From the NCBI GenBank assembly GCA_951406725.2, contig OX597816.1, positions 75,640,001-75,704,000 on the forward strand: DNA of 64,000 nt, read 5' to 3'. Made by a program: the position numbers and the translations under genes. Shown here one piece after another: positions 40,937-54,673 of this stretch (position 1 is the first letter of the stretch; each line of letters starts with the position of its first letter). This DNA comes from Octopus vulgaris. Lineage: Eukaryota. Under the pieces are notes generated by a model. That model saw only the letters and a list, made by a program, of their open reading frames with translations, was not told where the DNA came from and did not search any database.

Positions 40937-41690
40937 TGTACTGGGTAAATTTTTACTCGTGTCTGACTTAACGACAAAGGTTTGTTTTATACATTTATAA
41001 AAGTTAAACATGCTTGAAATCTTGACATAAGTATATTTTGAAGTGTAAAAATACGCAATTATTTCGTGTTACTATATAAACATTTTAACGTTATTTAACA
41101 TGTTACAACATAATTTTCAAATAGCGGTCGAAATGCGATACCTATTTTTAATGTACATTTAATCGTGGGCATGATCTTTAATGTATCTTTACTCTCCAGT
41201 CTGGAATCATCTTTTCTGTGCAGCTGCACAGTTATTTATATTCCTTGGTAAAGTCGACTGCTTTCAACTTTCAACTTATTTCGTAATTCCTCTTATATTT
41301 AAAGAGGGAAATGACGGAGTCGTATAGCATGACTGGATTCTAATAATGTTAATCTGGAGAATGCTTGAAACAAAGTGACAACATGCACCTCCTTATGCGA
41401 CTCTCATTAAACAACGAGTTTCTGTGAAAACTATGATTAGCTCTCATGACGTCTATTGGCTAGCATACCGAACCACCACAGACCATCTTTTATCTGAACG
41501 TGATCTATTGGCAAAGTTCACTTGCGAAGTGGTGCAAACAGAACGTAGCTTCTTCAAGCGGACTTTTTTCTTGAAAAATATGCACTTTATCGTTGTGAAA
41601 TCATGTCACATATCACATTTATATTATAAATATGCAAAACAAGCCTTCGTTGTTAAATTAGAGGTTAAAAATTTACCTTTACCCAGTACA
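40937..41690. mobile_element. Non-autonomous DNA transposon (MITE-like), TA-flanked
   Basis: Termini TGTACTGGGTAAA / TTTACCCAGTACA with imperfect inverted homology extending ~65 bp; TA on both sides. Confidence 0.75.
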
Positions 41691-42499
41691 TAAGATTTTT
41701 TTATCAATAGTTAGTTAAAACTATTTTTATTGCTCTACTTTTATAATTTCATTATAATAGTGTGAGTCAAGATGCTTCAGTAGGAAACATCTTGTGTCAG
41801 TTGTTTGTGAAACAGGTGTTGGGTCATCGTCATAATCAACCATGCTAACAGTTTACCGTACATCAAAAGATTTAAAGTTCATGTCTTATAGTTGTAGTAT
41901 AAGACGACTTCCTGTTTGGGGGAGATATTTTTAAGGTTAAATAGTCAATTTATACGTCGATGTAATACGCCGATAATAGTATAAATATAGTCTTAGTATA
42001 ACTATTGAAGAATGTTAGAATTGAACATGCTATGAGGTGTGTGTGAGTATGTGTGTATGTGTGTGTGTGTGTGTGAGAGAGAGAGGTAGGGAGAGAAAAA
42101 GAGAGGAGAGAGAGGTAAGGAGAGTAAAGGTAAAAGAAAGCAAGAGAGAGGGGAGTAAAGAAGAGAAGAGAAGAAACAAAAACTGCAATGTCAGAAAACA
42201 AAGCATCAAAAGAGTAATGTTTATATAAAACACCATTAGCGGTAGCGGTGGAGGTGGCGGCTTCTATGCTAAAAATAGCAAGAACTGCATCAATAATAGT
42301 TATATCAGCTCTTGCTATGGAGATGACATATTTCTCAACCTGAACGATATAGTTATAGAGAGCGAGAATTATACATACATACATACATACATACATACAT
42401 ACATACATACATACATACATACATACATACATACACACATTGTCAGTTAATTGTCCGTAAGTCAGAAATAAAAGCACACTTAAGATAATTAATAAGATG

Positions 42500-42760
42500 G
42501 ATGTTTTGTGTTTATTTCTATTTTGCCCCAACTTGCTCTCACCTTTTCTCTCTTGCATTCACACTTATGCATATATGTGTAAATATATATACACACACAC
42601 GTATGTATATATGTGTATTTATATACATATATGTTTTGTGTTTATTTCTATTTTCCCCCAACTTGCTCTCACCTTTTCTCTCTTGCATTCACACTTATGC
42701 ATATATGTGTATATATATATACACACATACGTATGTATATATGTGTATATATATATTCAT
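42500..42760. repeat. ~131-bp tandem duplication
   Basis: ATGTTTTGTGTTTATTTCTATTTT(G/C)CCCCAACTTGCTCTCACCTTTTCTCTCTTGCATTCACACTTATGC at 42500 and 42631. Confidence 0.9.
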
Positions 42761-43043
42761 ATATGCATATATATATATATATATATATGTACATATGTAT
42801 GAATATATATATAGACACACATACATATACATTATATATGTGCATTCATATACACATAGATACATACATATATACATAATACACACGCACACTCATTTAT
42901 ATATGTACATATACACAGACATATATTTAAATGCATACACACACACATATATATATATACATACACCCAAAAATATCTTTATACACACACATACATATAT
43001 GCGTGTGTATAGAATAGAGAGGAATGAAAGAAAGAAGGAAAGA

Positions 43044-43089
<46 letters not shown>

Positions 43090-43512
43090 GAGAGAGAGAG
43101 AGGAAAAGAGAGAGAAGGAATAAGAGGGAGAAAGTGAAAGAATGGGAGAAGAAAAAAAGAGATAAGCACAATAATACAAAATAAATTTATCGCGTCCTTA
43201 CAAAACATTGATTCACTTTACACGAGGTAGTTGCAGTGTTATTTGTACCATTAGACTGGAGCACATAATAACACCTACCATCCACACAACACAACCCCCT
43301 TCCTCACATCTACTGTCCATACAGCGTACCATTCACAATACCATCGTCTACACATTCAGCTGTGAACCTTCGCTTTCTGTTCATTCAATGAAATTATCCA
43401 CCATGCGGCATTCCTGTTTGTTTGCATGACACTAGACCCCATGATATTTAAATGTAAGCGCACGCAGGCACATACACGCTAACACTTACACAAGTTGATA
43501 TGCTACACACTA

Positions 43513-43578
<66 letters not shown>

Positions 43579-43648
43579 TACATATATATATTTATGTACA
43601 TACACACACACACACATATGTATATATATACATATGCATACATGCATT

Positions 43649-43710
<62 letters not shown>

Positions 43711-43940
43711 TATACATATGCAAACATGCATATATATATATATATATATATATTTATGCCCGTACATATATGTATACCTGCACATATATGTATGCCTGTA
43801 TACATATGTGTGCGCTTGTGTCTATGTATGTGTATATATATGTTTTTTATATGTATTTTTGTATATATATGCGTGTGCGTATATATATATTTATATATAT
43901 ATATATGGCCGCGGCCTTCGGCTAAAACATTTATTTAAGG

Positions 43941-43999
<59 letters not shown>

Positions 44000-44526
44000 A
44001 ATAAATATATATATATATGCATAATACACACATATGACAAATACGAAAGCCTACACGTAACCATAACTCTGTTGGCAGACGTATAGATAGATGGACAGAA
44101 GCGATAAAGCATGAACAACATAAAAGTCCTCGAATTTTCCAGACGATTAGTTAAATTATTCTGGAACAGGTTAAAGGTGACGACAGTATTGCCACAACGC
44201 GATACATTTACTTTTTTATTTCCATAAATATACTTGTTGAAGAATTTTCCTTCATAGTAGACGCATATCCCACAATATAGGTTAAGACAACGATGTTTTG
44301 TGAAAACATTTGTTGACCTTAAATAAATGGTTTCAAATATATGCATGCATTAGTGATCAGTTGACACTCAGCTGAAAATATGATACAAATAGTTTTAAAG
44401 AATAAAAGAATGGCAGTATCCTAGTATGGCCACAGAATCAATGTTGAGATAGGTAAACTAGTTGGAGAGTGTGTATGCATATGCATACATACATATATAT
44501 TATATATGTTTGAATGTATGTTTGTA

Positions 44527-44558
<32 letters not shown>

Positions 44559-46340
44559 GGATCAGTCAAGTAATCATGGTACAACTCGGCTAATCTCTAG
44601 CATAAACACACCTAGTTTAACAAATACAGATGATTCAATAATTGATCAATAAAATTTATTTATCAATGCATAAAATATTGTTCATCCTATATCGAAATTA
44701 TACAGGAAATTTCTATGAAATTATATTTGTCATACATTTCCATTTCAAAAGGCACAAACATTGTTTGTAATGCAGTAATGAGTTCTGTAAAGAAAGGGGA
44801 AGGGAAAGCTAGTCGAGTTCTACAACTGTTCAAAAGAATATCTCGTGCCTGTTATGTAAGATGCACTGGATATGCTTTTGAAACAGATGTAGTACTTCAA
44901 TCCCCTTTATTTGCATGTATGCATACATACATACATACATAAATACATATATACATACATACATACACACACACACACATAAGTATGTGTGTGTCTTCGT
45001 GTGTATGTATGTATGTTTGTATTTATGTATGTGTATGTGTGTGTAGTGTGTACGTATGTGTGTGTAATGTGTGCGCGTGTGTGAATCAGTAGGATTTGAC
45101 TAAAATTTACGTCTTTAGAAGCGAACATTTTAACCGTAAAATAATGCTTATACCATATAAAATACTCAGAGTATTGTCTTCTTGAGACAATCCCCTTCCC
45201 TCTCCAAAAATCCCACGAAGTTATATGGAATAGTAGTTTCTGTTGGCTAGTTATAAAGATGTAATAGGATTTAGGGACGTTTCTTACTTTTGTCTAATAT
45301 TATTGTTGTCCAGTCTGAATTAGTATCCCTATGGACGAAGGCATTCCAGCCGCGGACACCATTTTAAAAGTATATCTAGGGATATAGTGACCAATGTGCC
45401 ATTCCGTCATGTAACACCTTATAGGTGTAATTTGAGGGAATTTCGGCTCCTATTTCTGGCATATCGCGCGATCATGTAGAGGCTTCTTTATCAGATCGAT
45501 TAATAAAACAACAATGCATGTTGTGACATCGATGTGTTTCAAAGAAAAAAAAAACTGAATTTAAGAGAGACATGTCATAGCTGGTTTAACAAGAAATTTA
45601 GCTTTTACTCTGAGGTACTTAACAGAAAAGGCACTCGATAAAGATTATGGAAATGTTCTTTAAATCATAATGGGGGTTATTAGCCTATTGTTCTTGCTGT
45701 TTAGGCCCAAGCCTCCATGTAGCTGATCTTTGATTATAGGGTTCAAGCTATGACTATCCAGATATTTTCAGACATAATATTTATGTTTACATTATCTACT
45801 ACTTCCTTCCATTTTTAAGACGGTCGTATGAGATTTGAGGGAGATTGGCTATCAATACTAGCAGGTCCAATTACCACGTAGACGCTCCCATGTAATTTCA
45901 ATTGTGTGCAGCCAACTCCAGTGATATGTGAAAGACTATATAAATTGAAATGGTTTAACTGAAAATCGAACTGGTATCGCATACTCATTTTATTGAGAAT
46001 CCCACCGCATTTTCACGCTAAAGTTATACGGACTATTCAATTTCTTATGTTTGTCATGTTGTGATCGCTTTGTAGTCAAACAGCATTTTGATCAGGTGAT
46101 TTATTTTCTAAACTGAAACTTGCGGCAACAAGGAGGAATTTGTTTAACATCTTTCCAAATCTTTTTATGCAACCAAATGAAGTAATTTAAAAAGCCCACT
46201 TTTTAAAATTTCTCTCTTAATTATTTTAAACTCAGGTTATACTAAAATCTAAATTATCAACCTGCTGTATTGAAATTTCATGTCAGCTCTCCATAGAAAA
46301 AAAACAACAAAAAACAAAAACAAAAACCAAAAACAAAGCA

Positions 46341-46455
46341 ACAAGAAGAAGAAGAAGAAGGAGAAGAAGAAGAAGAAGAAGAAGAAGAAGAAGAAGAAGA
46401 AGAAGAAGAAGAAGAAGAAGAAGAAGAAGAAGAAGAAGAAGAAGAAGAAGAAGAA
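46341..46455. repeat. (AAG)n microsatellite (a second tract lies at 59053-59210)
   Basis: Seen directly in sequence. Confidence 0.95.
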
Positions 46456-47219
46456 CGATTTGGGAGGGCAAACTATAATTAAGAATGAAGTATTGTGACA
46501 TTGTCTGAAAAATTCTACTGTTGCGTTCTAAAATAAAATATCTCATCTAAAGTAAAATAAGAATGTGTTAACAAACCCTCAAAATATGGTTCTTTTCTGT
46601 TCTTTTCTCGAGGAAGATAACAAAGGAGAATTGTTTATTCGTAATATTTATTTCTAATCCTTTCTAGATTGTTATCTTGTATCCCTGGGAAAGACACTTA
46701 TCATTTTATGAACCAGACTTTATGTCTACTGTATAAAAAAGTTTAGAGACAAAATGATCGAATGTTTAAATCATTGGGCTCTCAAATTATTCTTTTTTAA
46801 TTTCGTATCTTTAAGCAGTGATCCGTCAGATCAATAAAGGATATTTCATTAAATATATTCAGTCCTTGGCTCATTGCATCACTGCGTTTATTTTTTACAC
46901 TTTGAGAAATTAAACTGAAGAACATTATTTGGGAGTCCTTATGATTAAGCACTCGACTCTTAATTATCTTAACAAAACCTAACTCTTTAACAATAACTTT
47001 ATTATTTTTGTGTGGGATTCTCTGAATTATCTATTCGTTGAATAATTTTATTTTACGCTAATGTACAATCCCTCTCTGTCTCTGTCTATCTGTCTCTCTC
47101 ACACACACAGTTATGGTATATTCTGTGAAGAAAGCAGTAGAGTACAATATAAAGTACGCCCACCTTCAGATTTTACCTTGTGCTATCCAGTAGTAGTATT
47201 ATACGTACTTTCAGGTTGT

Positions 47220-47640
47220 GTGTGAATGGATAAGTGAAAACATTTGGAGTCAACAAGAAGGAGTACAGTTGGACATTTATTTTTCAATCACTACAACTGT
47301 TTCTATGCAACGTAGTTCTCCAGGCGTCTAGGTACTTGATAATGCAACCGCTTCCCTGCGTTATGATATCTAGCTGTGTTTCCTCAGGTGATATGTAAAT
47401 ATTGTCTCTGTAAGTTCAAATCTTCAGCTTCAAAAACATCCTCTCTGTCTGTCGTGGCCTGAATTTATTAGTCGTCACTGAGTTTATCAAGATGGGATTT
47501 TTGCTGAGGGACCGTTGACAAACTTCTTTGAATGTGTAAATGTGGTGGGATGGAGATTCTGTTAGTGTTAAAGCGGTTGTCGTTTTAAACGGATTGGCAT
47601 TTGGTTTCTTTGTGCTCTTGATTTTTCTTCCTGGTTGATA
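47220..47640 (-). mobile_element. PLE 3' end with HHR
   Basis: HHR TCAC-CTGAGGA-(long stem II, decayed)-GAAA-CAGTTG-TA-GTGA at 47288-47391; upstream sequence resembles a decayed GIY-YIG C-terminus (RKIK..IRLKR.PLN). Confidence 0.55.
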
Positions 47641-47812
47641 ATACATACATAAAACAAAACAAAAAAATCGGCACATATACGTACATACATACATACATAA
47701 AAAATACCCTGTTATTGATGTTGAAATTCCATTGAAGGAGCCTTGGATCTAGGTTAGAAACCGGTGCTTTCTCTATTGACAAGAAATCTTGAAATAAAAC
47801 TGAACAGTGACA
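47641..47812 (+). mobile_element. R4/Dong 3' UTR, second copy
   Basis: GTTGAAATTCCA.TGAAGGAGCCTTG.ATCTAGGTTAGAAACCGG..CTTTCTCTATTG.CAAGA matches the reverse complement of 25041-25200; also ends in (CATA)n. Confidence 0.85.
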
Positions 47813-47839
47813 TACATACATACATACATACATACATTC

Positions 47840-47892
<53 letters not shown>

Positions 47893-47902
47893 CATGTATG
47901 TA

Positions 47903-48076
47903 TGTTACTCAGAGTTTCATGTGACCGTTCATCAGATAGTTGCGATGATACTAAATAAAAAATTGCGTGGGTACATATAATATGATATAATATAATATAA
48001 TGTCATATATACTCGCAGTTTTTTATTCAGCATCATCGTTACTGTCTGACGAACGGTCATATGAAACTGTAACAGT
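47903..48076. ncRNA. Palindromic element carrying two outward-facing hammerhead motifs
   Basis: ~70-bp imperfect inverted arms; plus arm ACTGT-CTGACGA-ACGGTCATAT-GAAA-CTG-TA-ACAGT (48041-48076); minus arm CTGATGA-ACGGTCACAT-GAAA-CTCTGAG-TA-ACA (47903-47940). Confidence 0.7.
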
Positions 48077-48615
48077 TTATATATATATACACACACACGC
48101 ACGCACACACACACAAACACATACGGAGGTGTAATTGTCAGGTAAGTAATTTGATCTGAGACCGTGTGTTGAAACTAAAACGATTGCAGCATGGAAGACA
48201 CAGTAGATATATTAACCAATGAGCCATTCAAAAACACAGAAGGACTGTTCCTTTCTGTTAAACAGTCATTATTTGTTATGTGGTGTCAAAATATTCGTCT
48301 TTTGAACTGCGACCTGGTCAACGTTGTCAGTAACAGGTCAACGAAAATTTTGACACCATCCCCAAAATAGTAAGTTGAAATGAAGTTAAAAGTCTTGAGT
48401 GTTTCTGAATGTCTAGCATGTGTCTTCAACACTGTGATGTGTGTGAGTGTGTGTGCGTGCGTGCGTATGCGTGTGTGTGTATGCGTGTGTGTGTGTATGT
48501 ATGTATATATGTATGTATGTATGCATACATGTATGTATGTATGTATGTATGTATGTATGTATGTATGTATGTATGTATGTATGTATGTATGTATGTTTGT
48601 ATGTATGTATGTATG

Positions 48616-48674
<59 letters not shown>

Positions 48675-49932
48675 ACGCATATGTGTATATGTAGTAGACT
48701 GACTGCTTTAGCAGGATTTTTTGCGATTAGAATATTGGTTTTTGCGACGAATTTAGCTACTTGAATCATATTTATTTTCAAGATATTTTGCGGTAACTAT
48801 CAAGTAATTGAATAAATTGCAATGATTTCATGTTTTCTTATTGATAGACGATCTCATTTATCTTAACTATTTCTAATTTTAGAGCAATACCTATGTCTTG
48901 CAAAATTGTAACTGGGGCAAAATGAGTAATTTCTTATTTCTCATCATTCTTTCCCTACCTGTTTGAAGCCATTACATTATAAGTATTGCATCATCATTTT
49001 GTACTGTTGCATCATCTTTGAGAGTAAAAATTGGTCAGCATAGTTCTTATTGTTGAAGTTGAGAGAGTTTGAAACACAGTCAGGCGACAGGTATTTTTTC
49101 AAGTAATTTTTCTCAACTTTGATCCGAGTGTAATTGAAATTGCTAATAAAATATCTTGATAATTTTTTGTCTTTTGTAATCAATATTCTTTTCTCTGTTG
49201 GATTCCAAGTCAATTTTTCGCCATACTAATGTCTAATTTGATAATTTTCAATTATCAGAAAATTATTTCTAAATCAAGGCAGAATGAATAATGCCTAATT
49301 TCGATAATTTCTTCTCTCGAAATGCACGGTGCATAGATATATCCGGAAGAGAACCATTTCAGCAGATCTTGAAGAAACTAAAGAGAATATCTTATGCTGG
49401 GTTTTTAGATTTAGTCAAGTTTTGTTAATTTCATATAATTTGTCCACGATCCTCTTTCATTTAACCTAGATATTTAAAAAAGCTTTTGTGGAATTTCTGA
49501 TCTTTCTGGTGTATAAAGATGGATATTAATCTGTATGAAACTTCTTCAAATGTTATTCTGGTGAATTGAAGAAGCAAATTTACCTTATCTTGTCTTAATC
49601 ATTCCCCCCCCCCACCCCATCTAAATTTGTTTTTTTATATGCTCAAACAGAACGGATATAATTTTTCTGAAATAGTGTTCTGAATATGCTATAGTGCTTT
49701 TCAATCGTTTGGGAAGGTCATTTGCTTAGCTGGTATAGTTTTCGTAAAGTAGTGAACATTTATGAAAAATAATTTCTTTTCAAAGTCAAACATGTACCCC
49801 ACCCCATATCAAATTTTAAGAATGTGACGGTTGATGAAATTTCATTACATATGACTGATATGATTCCGTCTGTAACTCCCTTCACTCTCTCTGCCTTAAT
49901 CCCTCTCTGAATCACACACACACACAAATATA

Positions 49933-50003
<71 letters not shown>

Positions 50004-50049
50004 ATGTGCTCAAATATATGTATTTATATATACACGTGTTTATGTATAC

Positions 50050-50133
<84 letters not shown>

Positions 50134-50136
<3 letters not shown>

Positions 50137-50300
50137 CGCAGGAGTGGCTGTGTGGTAAGTAGCTTGTTTACCAACCACATGGTTCCGGGTTCAGTCCCAC
50201 TGCGTGGCACCTTGGGCAAGTGTCTTCTACTATAGCCTCGGGCCGACCAAAGCCTTGTGAGTGGATTTGGTAGACGGAAACTGAAAGAAGCCTGTCGTAT
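50134..50300 (+). mobile_element. SINE family A, 5' half
   Basis: GGCGCAGGAGTGGCTGTGTGGTAAG...GGGTTCAGTCCCACTGCGTGGCACCTTGGGCAAGTG..., ending in its internal (TA)n. Confidence 0.9.
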
Positions 50301-50317
50301 ATATGTATATATATATG

Positions 50318-50409
<92 letters not shown>

Positions 50410-50657
50410 CAAAATTGATATAAACACCAATTTGCAATGCTTCACCAAAAAGGAGAATTGTAATTGTCACAAATGTGACTAGGGTGTTAGGAAACACCTA
50501 CATTTCTTTACTTAATGTTTTGTTATTTTGGGTATATCTTGTTTTTGGTATTTCTTGCTTTTGGGTATTTATTGTAAGGTGGGGGTTATTAGTCAGGCAT
50601 GTCGTGGTTTTGTTAATAGAGAAAATCGTTTATCTGGTGCTTTGATGTTCACTTTGG

Positions 50658-50719
50658 ATAAAGGTTGTATGTCTATATGTTTGTCACTATAAAGGTTGTA
50701 TGTCTATATGTTTGTCATT
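50658..50719. repeat. 31-bp tandem duplication
   Basis: ATAAAGGTTGTATGTCTATATGTTTGTCA(C/T)T occurs twice. Confidence 0.9.
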
Positions 50720-50920
50720 GGTGTAACAATTTGGTGTTCTCTAGGTGTAACGATTTGGTTAGTAAAAAAGGATTTTAGCCTTTGTGTTTTATGAAGTTGG
50801 CTTGATGCTTGTTTATGAAATTTTTTCACATTCTGTCCTGGACATATGGTAAAATGCGGCTGATATATATATTCCTGTATAAAAATAGGAACAAAAATGA
50901 AATCTAATCTAATATTTATG

Positions 50921-50979
<59 letters not shown>

Positions 50980-50983
<4 letters not shown>

Positions 50984-51132
50984 GAATTTACAAAAACAAA
51001 ACAAAAGACGAAGGCGGGTGTGCAAACAACAAATACATATATTACTTTAACGCTCGGGAAATGAGAAAGTCTTTTACGTTTCTAGCCTACGCTCTTCGAC
51101 AGAAAGGAACACAGAAACAAACGGAGAGAAAA
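50980..51132 (-). mobile_element. PLE-tail-like repeat with variant HHR (copy 3)
   Basis: Reverse complement CTTT-CTGTCGA-A-GAGC-GTAG-GCTA-GAAA-CG-TA-AAAG at 51071-51106; embedded in (TA)n. Confidence 0.7.
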
Positions 51133-51133
51133 T

Positions 51134-51214
<81 letters not shown>

Positions 51215-51569
51215 TTATGTAATTATTTCTATAGAAGCACACAACTATTTTCATATGCAAAAGCTAAATTTGTTTGCCTACTTTCAGCTCTGTTATGGCA
51301 GGTTTATCGAAACCAGCTATTTGTTGGTTTTGAATATTCATATTGGAAACATATTTATAGTTTACATGATGCTTTACAGACATTATCAGGTAATAGAATA
51401 AGTGTTCGAGACTTCAAATAAATCTTATTGATGACTGTCTAAACCATTAATCTTAACTTTATTTCGCTTTTGGACACTCATCTAGGATTTCTAAAGTATG
51501 ATGAAGTTGTTGAAATGTTTATTATAGATGGACAAAATATTCCTGCACCCCCGCTTTGTCCCGTACGCC

Positions 51570-51653
<84 letters not shown>

Positions 51654-51662
51654 CTCTCTCTG

Positions 51663-51711
<49 letters not shown>

Positions 51712-51891
51712 GCCTGCCTGCCTGCCTGCCTGTCTGTCTGTATAAGCACACACACATATACATACACACACACACACACACATATGTATATATATACATG
51801 ATTATACATTATATGTGCATAAATACGTGATGCATATTAGATATAATCGTATGTACATTGTTGAGTGCTTATATCTATAAATATGGATGTA

Positions 51892-51942
<51 letters not shown>

Positions 51943-52201
51943 TTAGATACAGATGTGATATAGATATATACTCGTTTAATACATAAGTATACATATATTG
52001 ATGTAACCATGATGTTATTGTGATATGATGAGTTAGCTCTCTTTATTTGTATCAATTTGTGAATATACAATTTTATTGTATAATGCCGAGCATACATATT
52101 AATGTAAATATCTATGTATAATCTTGCATATCGAAATTAATAGAAGTAAATGAAAAACGTTACGAGACAGCTCGAATCATTAATGTTTTGAGAGTGACAT
52201 G

Positions 52202-52242
<41 letters not shown>

Positions 52243-52245
52243 CTT

Positions 52246-52290
<45 letters not shown>

Positions 52291-52329
52291 CACACACACA
52301 CATATATATACATATATATATACATACAG

Positions 52330-53260
52330 AACCCCAGCGATGTTGCATATCTGCAGCAGGAATTGGTCTCAATTTACAGACGGGCTGAGGATAATAATAT
52401 GCAGTTCAATGCTGAAAATTTCCAAACCCTGCACTACCAGTGTCCAAAACTGAATATGCAACTTACAGGGTACACTGGTCCACAAGGAATTACAATCCCA
52501 GAGCCTAAATCAGTGAGGGACCTGGGTATCGACATGAGTGATGATACCTCTTTCCAAGAGCACATTACCAGTATGGCGACAAAGTGCAGACGACTGGCTG
52601 GTTGGATCCTGAGAATATTCAGAATCAGAGATAAGGAAACCATGATTGTCCTCTGGAGGACATTCATTCTCAGCCGTCTGGATTACTGCTCACAGCTATG
52701 GTCACCCAACAGTGTAAAATTAACAGCAGACCTTGAAGCAATCCAGCGAAGCTTCACAAAGACCATCTCTTTGCAACAGCTCATCTACTGAGAAAGGCTG
52801 AAACAGCTAAGACTCTACTCCCTGGAGCGAAAGCAGGAGAGTTATGCGGTAATATACATCTGGAAGATCCCGGATAGAATTGTGCCAAATTTTGGTATTG
52901 ACAGCTACACCAATGCCCGAACGGGTCGACACTGCACGGTGCCAAAGTCCCAGCAATGCCAAATCACTTCAGGACCAGTTACTGCAGCAGCCTAGATTTC
53001 AGGGGCACACAGCTTTTTAATATTCTCCCAAAAAGCCTGAGGGACCTGCACAAAGTAGATGTAGGCGTTTTTAAATCAAGGCTGGACCTCTTCCTGTCGA
53101 GAGTCCCAGACGAACCTACCTCACAGCAAGAGGTGCAAATGAGGGTAGCTACATCAAACTCCATTCTTCACCAAGTGCCACATATTAGAGGAGGATCTCA
53201 GTAATAATAGTGTAGCAAAACGGCGGTGCCCCAGCATGATCACAGCTCTGAGCTGAAATT

Positions 53261-53262
<2 letters not shown>
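52330..53262 (+). mobile_element. CR1/L2-group LINE, 5'-truncated (RT C-terminus + 3' tail)
   Basis: NNMQFNAENFQTLHY..VRDLGIDMSDDTSFQEHI..LWRTFILSRLDYCSQLWSP..LEAIQRSFTK..Y*ERLKQLRLYSLER..IWKI..LFNILPK..FKSRLDLFLSRVPDEP; stops and frameshifts present. Confidence 0.9.
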
Positions 53263-53297
<35 letters not shown>

Positions 53298-53362
53298 CAC
53301 TTATTACCTCCCCTTATCTGGAACTCTCTCCTTCACTCTTCTCAACGTAAACATAACGATGT

Positions 53363-53402
53363 AAGAAATTTGAAAAGCTGAACGCGAAACCGGTCATTTC
53401 TT
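53363..53402 (+). ncRNA. Degenerate type I hammerhead motif upstream of ORF
   Basis: AAGAAAT - TTGAAAA (CTGANGA-derived) - GC TGAAC GC - GAAA - CCGG - TC - ATTTCTT (7-bp stem I). Confidence 0.5.
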
Positions 53403-53592
53403 CAAAAACTATGTCATTGTATGCAAAAAAATTTATAACATTCTTCAGACATAATGACTCAAATATATATTTTTTAACCTTTTAAAACAAGTCTTCTGTA
53501 GTTTTTTCACTTTTTACTATTTTCTATATATTCAACCACGTTCTTTCACACACCAACTTTCTCACCTATATATTAAACACGTGAGACCGAAA

Positions 53593-54360
53593 ATGCTACA
53601 GAAGACTAATACCTCGGATAAAGCTACAAATGAGGACATACTTAAAGAACTTAAAAGTATTAAAGCACAGCTCATTACCTTAAACAACAAAATCGAGGAC
53701 TCAAACCTACTCGCCCGGGAAAGTAAAAACAGTGAAGATACAACTCGCTATACTGACCAGGTTAGTAAGGATTTACAACTGTTATACACAACACTAAATT
53801 CAATTTTCATCAACAAATCCGACAATAAACAACACACACCAAATGAAACACACCAGGACATCATACGCACTCAAATTAACCCAGCAAAAAGAAAAATAGG
53901 AAACATTTGGAATACAAACCTGCACAATAGAAAACTCGCCTTCTGGAACATGATAAAAAATTCCAACAAAGCAGATATATACGAGGGATGGATGAACTCA
54001 ACACCAATTGTCCTCCCACGCAAATTCCAGATAAAAATAATTCCTAACGAGCCTGACGGACAGAGAACTATTAGGGAAAAGTCAGCTCTATCCAATTTAA
54101 GGTCAGAAATAGAACTATTAAAACTTAGGGCCTCCACAAATGAGGAAAAATTTAAAAGCATCGACGAGGAGATGCACAATATAATACAAAAACATACCGA
54201 GGGACAACCCCTCGAAAATACATTAAATCATTGGAAAGATACCTGTGAAAAAGAAGAGAGAAATTCTCTCCTGCGCTGGGAAAAAAGCAACGATTTCTTC
54301 AAAAATGAATTAGGTACAAATAATCCCTTCCTTAAGAAAATTACAAAAAATAAAAAATAA
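53593..54360 (+). CDS. Uncharacterised helical/coiled-coil protein ORF (probably retroelement-borne); frame stays open ~77 codons past one TAA
   Basis: The only long non-microsatellite ORF; heptad-rich segments (LKELKSIKAQLITLNNKI; LRSEIELLKLR); intronless; after TAA 54358-54360 the same frame continues as an N/R/Q/P/T-rich tail to ~54590. Confidence 0.6.
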   Translation: MLQKTNTSDKATNEDILKELKSIKAQLITLNNKIEDSNLLARESKNSEDTTRYTDQVSKDLQLLYTTLNSIFINKSDNKQHTPNETHQDIIRTQINPAKRKIGNIWNTNLHNRKLAFWNMIKNSNKADIYEGWMNSTPIVLPRKFQIKIIPNEPDGQRTIREKSALSNLRSEIELLKLRASTNEEKFKSIDEEMHNIIQKHTEGQPLENTLNHWKDTCEKEERNSLLRWEKSNDFFKNELGTNNPFLKKITKNKK

Positions 54361-54589
54361 AAACCAAGCAACCCACGAACAACCTCCAACTATTCTCCAT
54401 ACACTAGAAACAGAAATCACCCACAACCAACATTTTCAAACCACGCAAGACTTAACAGGGAACAAGCTGACAGACAACGCGTCTATGAAATAGATTACAC
54501 CAAAAACAGAACACACCAACAATATCCTAATACCAGACCCAACCACCATACAGCACAAAACGACACTAGAATAAGAAATACACCACACA

Positions 54590-54672
<83 letters not shown>

Positions 54673-54673
54673 C

